Under the pieces are notes generated by a model. That model was not told the DNA's origin. It did not search any database and worked only from the letters and a program-made list of their open reading frames with translations. A stretch of 64,000 nucleotides of DNA from Somniosus microcephalus. Its lineage: Eukaryota. The stretch spans positions 24,986,001 through 25,050,000 of the forward strand of contig CM126220.1 of the NCBI GenBank assembly GCA_052327205.1, read 5' to 3'. The stretch's first letter is position 1. Each line of letters begins with the position of its first letter. Both the position numbers and the translations under genes were made by a program. Shown here one piece after another: positions 63,263-64,000 of this stretch.

Positions 63263-64000
63263 GAGTGCAAGGTTATCCACTTTGGCAGGAAAAATAAAAA
63301 AGCAGATTATTTAAAAAGAGAGAGATTACAAAATGCTACAGTTCAAAAGGGACCTGGGGGTCCTTGCACATGAAGCACAAAATGTTAGCATGCAGGTACA
63401 GCAAGTAATCAAAAAGGCAAATGGAATGTTGGCCTTTATTGCAAGGGGTTGGAGTATAAAAGCAGGGAAGTCCTGCTACAACTGTACAGGGTATTGGCGA
63501 GACCACACCTTAAGCACTGCCTACAGTTTTGGTCTTCTTATTTAAGGAAGGATATACTTGCATCGGAGACGATTCACTAGGTTAATTCCAGAGATGAGGG
63601 GGTTGACTTATGAAGGTTGAGCAGGTTGGGCCTATACTCATTGGAATTTTGAAGAATGAGGTGTGATCTTATTGAAACATAAGATACTGAGGGGGCTCAA
63701 TAAGGTAGATGCAGAGAGGATGTTTCCCCTCATGGGGAAATCTAGAACTCGGGGGCATAGTTTCAGAATAAAGGTTCGCCCTTTTAGAACTGAGATGAGG
63801 AGGAATTTATTTTCTCGGAGGGTCGTAAATCTGTGGAATTCTCTGCCCCAGAGAGCTGTGGAGGCTGGGTCATTAAATATATTTAAGGTGGAGATAGACA
63901 GATTTTTGCAAGATATGGGAGTGAAGGGTTATGGGGAGTGGGCAGGGAAATGGCTTTGAGCCCAAGATCAGCCATGATCTTATTGAATGGCGGAGCAGGC
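63263..64000 (+). mobile_element. CR1 LINE 3' fragment (same family as the 13175 copy)
   Basis: Highly similar to 13700-14460. Confidence 0.9.

Overview
Eukaryotic, intron-rich vertebrate DNA, most likely a cartilaginous fish judging from the repeats (CR1, L2, DeuSINE-like, LF-SINE-like and Penelope-like elements). The window holds 31 consecutive internal coding exons of the giant E3 ligase gene HECTD4 on the minus strand (59918 down to 4150). They total 6106 nt, splice phases are consistent throughout, and one intron is GC-AG. The 5' exons and the HECT-domain exons lie outside the window. The introns are packed with mobile elements. Highlights: (1) an APE-RT LINE whose 5' end is a tRNA-derived A/B-box head, with no ORF1 and no TTTT run on its sense strand, plus internally deleted SINE-like derivatives, making it a candidate Pol III-transcribed protein-coding retrotransposon; (2) Penelope-like elements with 11-14 bp TSDs whose pseudo-LTRs carry minimal hammerhead ribozyme motifs with stem-I covariation; (3) non-autonomous Helitrons carrying a CRE/CCAAT/GC-box/YY1 promoter-like cassette; (4) a TA-flanked MITE family carrying paired RFX X-box-like palindromes. 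Family names come from recalled motifs, not database searches.
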